From the IMG/VR virus record IMGVR_UViG_3300014169_000134, positions 1-26,014 of that record: DNA of 26,014 nucleotides; one strand, written 5' to 3'. Below, in pieces: positions 17,348 to 25,427 of the stretch. This DNA comes from a virus (Duplodnaviria > Caudoviricetes). The position numbers were made by a program, and so were the translations under genes. Below the pieces are notes generated by a model. The model worked only from the letters and a program-made list of their open reading frames with translations, was not told the origin of the DNA and did no database searches. How positions within the stretch are numbered: the stretch's first letter is position 1; every line of letters begins with the position of its first letter.

Positions 17348-19199
17348 TCGTTCCTCCAGCCCCTTCGGGGTTAGTCATAGTCTCTAATAGCTTGCCCATA
17401 TCAGGAACTAAACGAGAAACATCATCATGGTTAAAATTACGCATTATGGTTCTGTACAAAGCCACATTAGACATTAAGCATCCAGCGTAATATTCTTTAA
17501 GCTGCGGAGGAATCCCAGGCTGAAGCATTGCTTGAATCATCTGAGCATTCTCTTGATAGAAACGACTCAATGCTCCAGCAAGTAGAATATCATTCTGTCT
17601 CTCTAGCTCTTTATTATTCGATGCAGTAGTAGGACGAAGTCTAAAACCTAAAGTTCGATTCTTAAATGCATCAAATGCTTTCTTTAGCGAATCAGAATTA
17701 TCTCCGTATTTCTTCAGCTTTGAACCTATCCCAAAAGAAGAAAACATCTCAGTTAGCTTAATAGCAATTCGCACATGTGCAGAACGCATATCACTCATTC
17801 GCAGATTATTCCGATTATTCTGCTGAATAAGCATCATTGAAGTTCCGCTTGCGCTATAGATTCCTCGTTTATTATTAACTAACCCTCCACCTGTACCAGA
17901 GATAGCTGGATCTACTCCTGCGCGCTCCTTTGCACAGCTCATTATAAACATATCCGCATCATTATTATACCCTACATCAGTCCCAGTCTGTACCCTTTCA
18001 AATGCCCCCTCCCTCGCTGGAACTAACACCCCAGGGTACATCTGAAGAACTGAAGAGAGCTTTGAATCAGGATCAATCCTAAAAATCCCAAGCATAGCAA
18101 AGTTACGATTATTAGTGCGCCAGTTAGAATTATTCGATAGCTCCGTTTGATAAAATCGAAGCATCTGAGCATAACCTGTACCGAAATAATTCTCATCATC
18201 ATAGCTAAGCTTAACATCCTCTACAGGGAAGATATTTTCAGGGTAGAAATTATAAATCGCATAAAGAACTTTCTCACTTTTCTTATGATACTTAGCAAGT
18301 AGTGAGTAAGTATCATTTCCTTTCCTGTATTTAATATAGCAGTTATAAAAATCCCACTCAGCTCCCCCATGCTCTGTGGATGAAGTATCCAATGAAAGAG
18401 CTGCTTGAACTTCAGACTGCATCTGTGCGCTTTCAGTTCTATCAGGTGAAGCTAAAAGAGATTCTAAATCCTTCTCCTCATATAAACCTTCCTTAGCTAA
18501 AAGCTGCTTAACCTGCCAGTAAGTCAAAGTTTCAATCGTATAAAAGAAATCCGCATCCCCCATTACAGGAACACGAGGATCAATTCCAAATTTATTCAAC
18601 GGCACAAGCTTCGGATGTGGGCTGTCTCTTTTTGTAATTTCATCAAATTTATAATCCACCTTATCCGAAGGAGTTGAGCCTCCGCTGAGATATACATACT
18701 TCTTCTCAATATCATACTCCCAAGGAAACTCAAGCAACCCTGTTCCGTATTTAATAGCTGAGTTAAAAAAAGCCTGCTCAGCACGATAAAAATCTAGAGA
18801 AGCTGGATCATAAGCTTCATCCATAAGAAACTTCTCTAGAACTCGCTTCATTTCCTCTCCTTCATGCGAAGGAGAATCCCCGGAAAGCGAGATTGAGAAA
18901 AGTGGATCGTACATATAAATAGCACCTAGCACACGAGAGAGTAATTCATCTACGAAAGTTCCTATAAGCTGAATTACTAAATTCGCAGCGCCAGGCCAAG
19001 GGAAATTCTGTTCTCTTTCCTTTGGAATTCCTTTATACAAACGCACATACTCAGGAAGTCTATTAGTTCTAAAGGACTCAAGCTTAGAATCTATAGACTT
19101 TACATTTGATTTAATAAAGTGATGCAGGTCTTCAATCTCAGAAGCAGAGAATCCAGATACTCCATCAGCTTTTATCTTCGTAGGTGCAGGAAAAGGCAT
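17253..19199 (-). CDS. Portal protein
   Basis: 648 aa; PWPGAANL, AIKYGTG, YFGTGY, YPGVLVP, AGVDPAISG and SASGTSM motifs typical of podoviral portals; follows the terminase. Confidence 0.88.
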   Translation of the reverse strand: MPFPAPTKIKADGVSGFSASEIEDLHHFIKSNVKSIDSKLESFRTNRLPEYVRLYKGIPKEREQNFPWPGAANLVIQLIGTFVDELLSRVLGAIYMYDPLFSISLSGDSPSHEGEEMKRVLEKFLMDEAYDPASLDFYRAEQAFFNSAIKYGTGLLEFPWEYDIEKKYVYLSGGSTPSDKVDYKFDEITKRDSPHPKLVPLNKFGIDPRVPVMGDADFFYTIETLTYWQVKQLLAKEGLYEEKDLESLLASPDRTESAQMQSEVQAALSLDTSSTEHGGAEWDFYNCYIKYRKGNDTYSLLAKYHKKSEKVLYAIYNFYPENIFPVEDVKLSYDDENYFGTGYAQMLRFYQTELSNNSNWRTNNRNFAMLGIFRIDPDSKLSSVLQMYPGVLVPAREGAFERVQTGTDVGYNNDADMFIMSCAKERAGVDPAISGTGGGLVNNKRGIYSASGTSMMLIQQNNRNNLRMSDMRSAHVRIAIKLTEMFSSFGIGSKLKKYGDNSDSLKKAFDAFKNRTLGFRLRPTTASNNKELERQNDILLAGALSRFYQENAQMIQAMLQPGIPPQLKEYYAGCLMSNVALYRTIMRNFNHDDVSRLVPDMGKLLETMTNPEGAGGTNGQSKGSSAQTQRTGGTIPTGGFQTTGAIPS

Positions 19200-19214
19200 T
19201 CGCTTCGCGTCCTT

Positions 19215-19733
19215 TTATACTTGATGCATACTTAGAGAGAAAGAACCTGCTGTAACTGCGTCATTCCAGGTTTTCTTAAATTGATATTCAGGAGAATGAA
19301 AGATGCTGCGTTTAAAGCCTGGGACTAGAACTTGGACCCTAGCTGCTGTTTCTATTGCAACCGAAACCTGATGGGAAGCTTGTACCTCAGAATGAATCTC
19401 TTCAGCTGAAGAAAGCGGAGCAGGTGAATTAGCTGTTACAACACCAATAACTGTCTCAACTCCAGCTAGGATAATATTCGTTAATACTTGAACACTTGTA
19501 GGAAGTGGGAGTGTATTAAAAACTGCCTGGAAAGCAGCTAGGAGCTGAAGAACATTCTGTGCATCTGTTCCACTTTGCCAATTCTGCAAAGCTACAAGAG
19601 CTGCATTATATGCATTAATTGCTGCTACTCCTTCAGGAGTATTAAGCAAAGAAGTTTGAGTTAAGAGTGCTTTAATAGTAGGCTCAATCGCTTCCATAAG
19701 CGATGCTGCGGTAGCTGTGGCATTTTTACACAT
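19215..19733 (-). CDS. Ala/Leu-rich amphipathic helical hypothetical protein, 172 aa
   Basis: AAGGAG RBS; hydrophobic segment VLTNIILAGVETVIGVV. Confidence 0.7.
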   Translation of the reverse strand: MCKNATATAASLMEAIEPTIKALLTQTSLLNTPEGVAAINAYNAALVALQNWQSGTDAQNVLQLLAAFQAVFNTLPLPTSVQVLTNIILAGVETVIGVVTANSPAPLSSAEEIHSEVQASHQVSVAIETAARVQVLVPGFKRSIFHSPEYQFKKTWNDAVTAGSFSLSMHQV

Positions 19734-19744
19734 TTAAAAACTCC

Positions 19745-20113
19745 TTATGGATCAATCGTTACGGTTCGTGGAGACTTCATTGTATTAGTTGTGGGTGGAA
19801 GAGTTATATTAGTTATTGGCAAAGGAACAATAGGTTGATAAGAAGGAGTTACTTCAGTAGTTGTAGTGGTTAAAGAAGGCGTAGTTACTATAGGAAGAGT
19901 AATCGGTGGCGCTGGGAGAGACTTAGAAAAGGTTTTAAAATCCGAAGCTAAGATTGAAAGAAAAGAAACAAAAAAAGTATACCATACATTATTAATCTTC
20001 TCCACCGGAGGAAGCGATTGGACAAAAGCTGAGAAAACTGCAAGCACTATGTAAACCTCAAGTACTGTTGCAGTAGTTGGATTCGTAAGGAATGAGCCTA
20101 TTGACTGAAGCAT
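19745..20113 (-). CDS. Membrane protein with two hydrophobic segments and a Pro/Thr tail, holin-like
   Basis: Hydrophobic segments VLEVYIVLAVFSAFV and WYTFFVSFLSILA; AAGG RBS. Confidence 0.55.
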   Translation of the reverse strand: MLQSIGSFLTNPTTATVLEVYIVLAVFSAFVQSLPPVEKINNVWYTFFVSFLSILASDFKTFSKSLPAPPITLPIVTTPSLTTTTTEVTPSYQPIVPLPITNITLPPTTNTMKSPRTVTIDP

Positions 20114-20120
20114 TTTCCTT

Positions 20121-20435
20121 CTACCTTTCTGTTATTTTATCCTGCCTTAACTCCATTTGTTTCCGAGTATAATCCCGTCCTGCTATCTCCCCAACTAATC
20201 TTGCTACTTCTATTGCTAAGGATTTAGTCTCTGCTACTAGCTGCGTATTCGCATCTAAGATTCTAGTCTGAGTTCCATCTACCATGTGAATAACTGTATC
20301 AACCTTAGCCTTCGCTTCTTCCGCAGCTTTTGCAGCTTGAGCTACTTTCTTCGCTATAAAACCATTTAACAAAGTAACTATAATTAAAGCTCCTCCACCA
20401 ATTAAAGCTACTGCAATAGTAGGATTCATACTCAA
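20121..20435 (-). CDS. Protein with an N-terminal TM segment and coiled coil (lysis-related candidate)
   Basis: IAVALIGGGALIIVTLLNGFIA followed by a coiled coil. Confidence 0.55.
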   Translation of the reverse strand: MSMNPTIAVALIGGGALIIVTLLNGFIAKKVAQAAKAAEEAKAKVDTVIHMVDGTQTRILDANTQLVAETKSLAIEVARLVGEIAGRDYTRKQMELRQDKITER

Positions 20436-20668
20436 CGCCTTGTCATAGCATCAATATGTGCAAACCAAACTCCAAAGATAGCTGCGATTGAAGCTCCTAA
20501 AGTAATTCCTCCTACTAAGAGCTTAACTATAAGCGAAAGCTGAGCATCCCATCTCTCAGCTTTTCTAACTACACCTTGGGTTCCTATTAACATATCTTCA
20601 TGAGACTCCAATTTATTCTCCACCAAGGCCCGCGATTCAGTCCATGAATCGGTTAATCTTATATCCAT
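20432..20668 (-). CDS. Small protein with a C-terminal TM segment, about 78 aa (holin-like candidate)
   Basis: Start reassigned from the TTG at 20755 to the ATG at 20668 (MDIRL; GAGG upstream; removes the overlap with terL). TM segment LLVGGITLGASIAAIFGVWF. Confidence 0.55.
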   Translation of the reverse strand: MDIRLTDSWTESRALVENKLESHEDMLIGTQGVVRKAERWDAQLSLIVKLLVGGITLGASIAAIFGVWFAHIDAMTRR

Positions 20669-20687
20669 TTCTAATGATCCCTCGCTT

Positions 20688-22571
20688 TCATGCAGAAGCA
20701 AGTGCTTGCACTCCTCTTTTCCAGTGATTGAGTCTAGAAGATAAAAATTCTTCAATCATTTCTTGATCTACTGAATCAAAATTCCACACTTGAGGACCAT
20801 AGCCGAATACATCTAGGAGATCAATTAATCCTTTCTTCTGCCCCCAAGCTTCAGCTTCTTCCCTGAATGATTCAACCCCATAGCCTACAGCCGGAAAATA
20901 TACTTCATGCCTCTCTACGAGAGGAATAACTGAATCAATTCGCTCAATCTTAGCACCTGCATTATTCGGAGTTTTCAATGGCTCAACTCTAATCGCTGCA
21001 ATCTCTGGTCTTGAATGTCTTACTTGGTCTTTGTAGTAATTCATATGATAGATTAAGTATTTCTGTGCTCCCACTGCTTCCATATGAATCACTTGAATCT
21101 TCCACTTAAGTGCAAGCTCAAATAACTTAGCTACAAATTTATCTACTGAACAAGCTTCTGCCCACATTTCAAGGAGATAAATCCTCCGTGGCTCTCTTTG
21201 GACTCCTGATACAATCGCTGCATGTCTGCATCGTCCATCAGTTCCCACTTTGCCACTCGTATGATGCCCGGAGTGATTAGGGTCAACGATAAGAAACCTG
21301 TCCAAGTTACGCGGAAATACATCTTTTTCTACATCTCCTTCTATAACATGATGACGAATTACTGTTCTCTTCTGATGTGGTATTTGCCCAGGACCTAGAC
21401 TTTTAGGATTTGCTAAAGCTCCTGTGACTTGTTCATAATGAAAATATCTAAAATCCCCCATCTTAAACTTCGCCTTAGAAGGATCTATTGGGAAGTTCAG
21501 AAACTGACAGGAGAAGAAATAAGATCCAAGCCTACGCTTCCATTTAAGCAGTTTCTCTACTGAGAAAGCCTCAGGAAATATAGGTAAGCCAAGAGGATGA
21601 AGTTTGCAACACCCACCAAGAGCTGAATGAGTTGTAAAATTAAAAGATGAATCATTCTCTCTGATATATGAATTAAGATCCTTATGACTCCATCTATTCC
21701 CAACAATAATCTCATCAAAATCTCTCGTTGCATTAATCTGATTCGCGTCTGTTGCTCCTACTAGAAGCTGATGATACTCTATAGTCCCCTTCATCACTGC
21801 TTCGGAGTTTAATGCTTCCCTCCCGGGGAGATCATCTTCAATGACAAGATCGTAGTGACGACTTTGCAATGCGGCGCCGACCCCAATAAAGTCATATGTT
21901 CCTTCACCTTGACCCCTGCCTTTAGCTGTGCGTTTCTGATGCAATGAGTCATTAGTCCACGTTTCAGATGCTCCAGGTATAACTTCGGGGAATATTTCTC
22001 TGAAGTCTGAATTATTAACATACTGATTCGATACACGGACACCGAGTTTAATTGCATTCTTAATCGTCTCACTTATCAGAAGGATTCGTATATCCTGATT
22101 ATGAGTTCTACGCATCCATTCGATGAATAAATCTGAATACCCCAACGTACTGAATAAATCCTCCTCGCTCCGCGAGAAAGGGAGAGCACGCCAGATTGGG
22201 AAACATTCACTAAATACTGTAGATTTATAATGGTCCCTTGGAATCTCAATTACCTCCTTCAGGCCATCTTTCATAACAGTAAGGCACATTTGATAATGTA
22301 AAGATTTAATCCCCTGCTGAAAACGAGTTTTGTGGAGAAGCACAGTTGAGAAATAGTACAAGTCGATTAAGGAGTTGACCTTGATAGCTATTCGCTTAGC
22401 TTCTCCACAAAGTGTATAAGAAGGAATGAGCTTGAAGTTTAATATCTCAGAACGGGGAATATCTATATTCTTAAACCTAGAACCAGCGCCACTAGAAGGC
22501 TGTTGCATAGAAGCAACTGCTTTAAGTGTATCTTTAATCGAACTCAAATCCGCTGGAGATTGAATAAGCAT
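20688..22571 (-). CDS. terL: Terminase large subunit
   Basis: Walker A variant IPRDHYKST, Walker B HYDLVIEDD, motif III IVGNRW..KDL, FSCQFLNFP, RNase H-like FLIVDP...DLLD, and IHMEAVGAQ. Confidence 0.93.
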   Translation of the reverse strand: MLIQSPADLSSIKDTLKAVASMQQPSSGAGSRFKNIDIPRSEILNFKLIPSYTLCGEAKRIAIKVNSLIDLYYFSTVLLHKTRFQQGIKSLHYQMCLTVMKDGLKEVIEIPRDHYKSTVFSECFPIWRALPFSRSEEDLFSTLGYSDLFIEWMRRTHNQDIRILLISETIKNAIKLGVRVSNQYVNNSDFREIFPEVIPGASETWTNDSLHQKRTAKGRGQGEGTYDFIGVGAALQSRHYDLVIEDDLPGREALNSEAVMKGTIEYHQLLVGATDANQINATRDFDEIIVGNRWSHKDLNSYIRENDSSFNFTTHSALGGCCKLHPLGLPIFPEAFSVEKLLKWKRRLGSYFFSCQFLNFPIDPSKAKFKMGDFRYFHYEQVTGALANPKSLGPGQIPHQKRTVIRHHVIEGDVEKDVFPRNLDRFLIVDPNHSGHHTSGKVGTDGRCRHAAIVSGVQREPRRIYLLEMWAEACSVDKFVAKLFELALKWKIQVIHMEAVGAQKYLIYHMNYYKDQVRHSRPEIAAIRVEPLKTPNNAGAKIERIDSVIPLVERHEVYFPAVGYGVESFREEAEAWGQKKGLIDLLDVFGYGPQVWNFDSVDQEMIEEFLSSRLNHWKRGVQALASA

Positions 22572-22578
22572 CTATGCC

Positions 22579-23259
22579 TTAGTTTACTAATCCTGTAACT
22601 TTAATTGCTTCAAGCGCAGCAAGAGCAGCCTCCTGCTCCGCAGAAGTCAAAGTCTCTGAATTTGAGAATGAATTATTAATCCTCAAAGCTTCAGCTACTC
22701 TTTTTTCACTTATCTCAGGGGATATAGTATCTGAGTTAATAGCCTCAAGAAGAGAGCGGCTGATTTTATCCATCTCAGAATAATCATGCTCAATCTTCGT
22801 ATGCACATCAGATCTACTAATCTTAGGAAATGTACCTTCTCTATCAAGGACTTCTAAGGCTACTGTAGTTTGAAGCCTCTTATCTATTGAAGAAATAGGC
22901 TTTGATTGAAGCTGATCTGCTAGCACTCTCATCGCATCAGGCATCAATAAACGAAGCAACTGCTTATGCTTCACTATGGCTTCTTCCACCGAAGTCTCTG
23001 AATCTGTGCTTATTCCTGTAGTAAGCTCAATCCTTTTCCTTAAATAAGGCTCACTCGCCCTAATAACTGAGAGCCTACGAGTACTTCTATGCAGAATCCT
23101 GGAAATATCCTGATCTGTTAAGAGCGCAGTCCCTTGGGCTTTAGCCAGATCAAAACGTACTAGCTTCTCTAGTAATACAGAAGTACGAAACGTAGTTCCG
23201 CGCCGCGGCCGGGTACTTAAATTCCCTGCTGGAGTTAAGGAGCCACCAAAGAAACTCAT
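22579..23259 (-). CDS. Putative terminase small subunit
   Basis: HTH-like LTDQDISRILHRSTRRLSVI followed by helices and ALEVLDREG; immediately upstream of terL. Confidence 0.65.
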   Translation of the reverse strand: MSFFGGSLTPAGNLSTRPRRGTTFRTSVLLEKLVRFDLAKAQGTALLTDQDISRILHRSTRRLSVIRASEPYLRKRIELTTGISTDSETSVEEAIVKHKQLLRLLMPDAMRVLADQLQSKPISSIDKRLQTTVALEVLDREGTFPKISRSDVHTKIEHDYSEMDKISRSLLEAINSDTISPEISEKRVAEALRINNSFSNSETLTSAEQEAALAALEAIKVTGLVN

Positions 23260-23260
23260 T

Positions 23261-23458
23261 CTATAGATCCTCCGCTCGCGGTCTAGTATTATCTATAATA
23301 AGCACAGGCCCAGTTTCTCTGCGTAGCAAATCTGGGTATTCTCTAAAATGCCGCAGAAGAGCTGCTCCGATCTTAGAAGAACGCAACTCTTCTGCTAGAT
23401 GATTAGACATAACTCCTTCACCTATAAAATCATCCTTAATTTGCTTTGATACTCTCAT
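23261..23458 (-). CDS. Small hypothetical protein, about 65 aa
   Basis: Start reassigned to the ATG at 23458 (MRVSK; AAGGAAAAGGA upstream); alternative start at 23410. The upstream extension in the track is a shadow of the Ig-like gene. Confidence 0.55.
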   Translation of the reverse strand: MRVSKQIKDDFIGEGVMSNHLAEELRSSKIGAALLRHFREYPDLLRRETGPVLIIDNTRPRAEDL

Positions 23459-23495
23459 TTCCTTTTCCTTAGCTATAAAATGCGCCTTCGGCGAG

Positions 23496-23972
23496 CTAGG
23501 TTGTCTGAGTAAATGTAATTCCAGTCGGAGTAAGTACCGTAGGAGCTGGAGTCGAGGGAATAATAGACGCTGAAATAGAAGAAAGTGAAGTAGCTGGATT
23601 AGGTACAAAAGTCGAAGTATTATACCCAATCGTCAATGGAGTAGTAGGATTCTCTACAAAAGTAGAAGGCAAAGGAACCGTTACAATCAACCCAGTAGCA
23701 TCAACCGTCGGTAGAACCGAAGGATCACTTGATGTTACTGTAACCGTAGTTCCTACGGGATAGACTGAATCGACTGGAGTAAGAACCCCAGTATACACAA
23801 GCGTATTACCTGCAACTGCACTCAACATAGAAGACTCCTTAAAACTAATCCCTAGGGGAGTTAATCTTTCTTGTGGTTGATTAGACTGAAGTGTATGCTC
23901 AATCTTTCTGAGTACAGAAACTTCATCTTTTAATTCCTGCTCAATTTCCTTAAGCTCTTTCCTCAAGCTCAT
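23496..23972 (-). CDS. Coiled coil plus Ig-like (Big_2-like) domain protein, 158 aa, with a nested in-frame start at 23828 (110 aa)
   Basis: GGAG RBS before ATG 23972 and AAGGAG RBS before ATG 23828; TVTSSDPSV motif typical of bacterial Ig-like group 2 domains. Confidence 0.7.
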   Translation of the reverse strand: MSLRKELKEIEQELKDEVSVLRKIEHTLQSNQPQERLTPLGISFKESSMLSAVAGNTLVYTGVLTPVDSVYPVGTTVTVTSSDPSVLPTVDATGLIVTVPLPSTFVENPTTPLTIGYNTSTFVPNPATSLSSISASIIPSTPAPTVLTPTGITFTQTT

Positions 23973-24029
23973 TGAGTCTCCATCTATAGGATGCGCCTTC
24001 GGCGCAAGGTACACTTTTCCTATTCTTCT

Positions 24030-24058
24030 AGTATACGCGCCTTCGGCGCTAGGCGCAA
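24030..24058 (-). promoter_or_regulatory. Sigma70-like promoter for the leftward late operon
   Basis: Minus strand TTGCGC (24058-24053), 17-nt spacer, TATACT (24035-24030), about 58 nt upstream of the first gene. Confidence 0.6.
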
Positions 24059-24269
24059 GTGCTTCGCGTGAAGCGCAGCCTGCGTATACACTCTATTCTC
24101 TATAATTCCGCCCCATAAACTACCTCCCCCTAAAGACGCTGCGCGCCTGGCTGTAGAAGTTGAAATGATTGTAAGAAAAAAATGATATAGTTTTAAAATA
24201 ACTTGATTTTGCTAAAAAATTCTGAGAGGAGCTCCCCCCGTTTTTTCTCACTTTGCGATTTTTTGAGGT

Positions 24270-24420
24270 GGATCGCAAATTGCAATAAGCGGATCGCAGA
24301 TTGCAATATGGCAATGCATATTGCAATATATGATTTAGCAGATCGCAGATCGCCGCGAGTAAATCGAATTACTAAGAGTTTATTGCAGATTGCAATATGG
24401 CAATATATTGCAATATGAGT
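24270..24420. repeat. Array of TTGCAA palindromic repeats, including a 32-34 bp direct repeat
   Basis: GCAGATTGCAATATGGCAAT(GC)ATATTGCAATAT at 24296-24329 and 24385-24416; TTGCAA at 24280, 24301, 24321, 24390 and 24408; several GATCGCA copies. Confidence 0.9.
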
Positions 24421-24493
24421 TATCATATTGAGTAGGCGAAGAAAAGGGGAATAAATCGCTTTACTAAAGCGATTAGGCGAATACTTAGCGAAT

Positions 24494-24554
24494 GGCCCCG
24501 CGATTGCTACTAGTAGGTGTTACGTCGGCCCCGCGATTGCTACTAGTAGGTGTT
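24494..24554. repeat. Perfect 28-bp direct repeat, two copies, period 33
   Basis: GGCCCCGCGATTGCTACTAGTAGGTGTT at 24494-24521 and 24527-24554; each contains the palindrome CTACTAGTAG. Confidence 0.95.
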
Positions 24555-24784
24555 GCGGCTGTATATGTAACCACTGGGCCAAGGCCCAGGATGCTGGCAG
24601 AATACGAAAATTGAATATCCCACCATTACAGTATGGGCCTATGGCCTGATTGTACTGACCGTGAGCGGTCGATTGATCCATGATGCTACCGTGATTCATT
24701 TAGCAGTAGAACGCAAAATGATAGCAGGTAGCAAAACGATTAATCTACAGTCTAAGGGTAATGGTCTGGATTGCTAACAAGCGG

Positions 24785-24884
24785 CTCAAGATTTGCAGTC
24801 TTGAGTTAGGGGGATAAGACTTGGAAGTACTATCCAAACTTACTTTGTTAGGGTATCCCCCTAACTCAGGATTGTAATCCTGAG
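24785..24884 (+). promoter_or_regulatory. Structured 5' leader (long stem with alternative hairpins)
   Basis: TGAGTTAGGGGGATA pairs with TATCCCCCTAACTCA (15 bp perfect), extended by G-U pairs; ends at the RBS of the 24898 gene. Confidence 0.65.
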
Positions 24885-24897
24885 AAAAAGGAGAACT

Positions 24898-25416
24898 ATG
24901 GACAATCAAGTAAAAGAGACTCCGATTACTGAATCGGAGACAAAGCCTCCAATGGGATTGAAATTTGATCTCTTGGACGTGCTTTCCACCGACGAATTTG
25001 CTGCACTCGGAAGGAAAGCGATTGAACTAAAAGCAAACGGCGCCTATAAGAAAGCAATCAAGGCAGCCGTTGGACAAATGACTCTTAGTGATGCAGCGGA
25101 ATATGCAGTCTATATGCTTCGCAAAGCGGCTGGGAATTATGCATCGAAGGTCTTAGTCGATGATTCGATTGATGCCTTCAGCATGGCAATTCCTAAGCTA
25201 CTTGCAAAGAATCCCACAGTCGTAAAGATTGCGACTCAGGGGATTCTCGAAGTAGCTGCATCATTCAAAACTGCCTCTGACTGTATCGCCGTGCTGGACA
25301 AGTGGTACGGCCCGGCGTCAGTCCAAATGAGTGATAAGGCAGGCGTGCTGGATTCCTATCAACGCGCTTGTGGAATCATTCATACATTCTTCGGTCCTGC
25401 TATCAAGGGAGCGTAG
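24898..25416 (+). CDS. Hypothetical Ala-rich helical protein, 172 aa (probable early gene)
   Basis: AAGGAG RBS; first gene on the opposite strand; no recognisable motif. Confidence 0.8.
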   Translation: MDNQVKETPITESETKPPMGLKFDLLDVLSTDEFAALGRKAIELKANGAYKKAIKAAVGQMTLSDAAEYAVYMLRKAAGNYASKVLVDDSIDAFSMAIPKLLAKNPTVVKIATQGILEVAASFKTASDCIAVLDKWYGPASVQMSDKAGVLDSYQRACGIIHTFFGPAIKGA

Positions 25417-25427
25417 AACATTAAACC

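Noticed and set aside
15-20054. Short plus-strand ORFs and same-strand alternative-frame ORFs of 62-116 aa in the track (e.g. 15-218, 402-626, 1491-1915, 14815-15126, 16188-16538)
   Set aside because: They are shadows nested within long, motif-bearing minus-strand genes.
22210-22245. Walker A PRDHYKST lacking glycine as a sign of an inactive terminase
   Set aside because: PRxHxKS/T variants are normal in terminases, and the other ATPase and nuclease motifs are intact.
24031-24089. Branched structure as a tRNA
   Set aside because: Too short, with no T-loop or D-loop consensus and no anticodon arm.
24120-24426. Three short ORFs in the track (24120-24326, 24193-24426, 24203-24418)
   Set aside because: They are translations of the TTGCAA repeat array on both strands (IAI and CNL repeats) and lack convincing RBSs.
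24494-24554. 28-bp repeat as a mini CRISPR array
   Set aside because: Only two copies separated by 5 nt, far too short for a spacer; no cas genes in the window.
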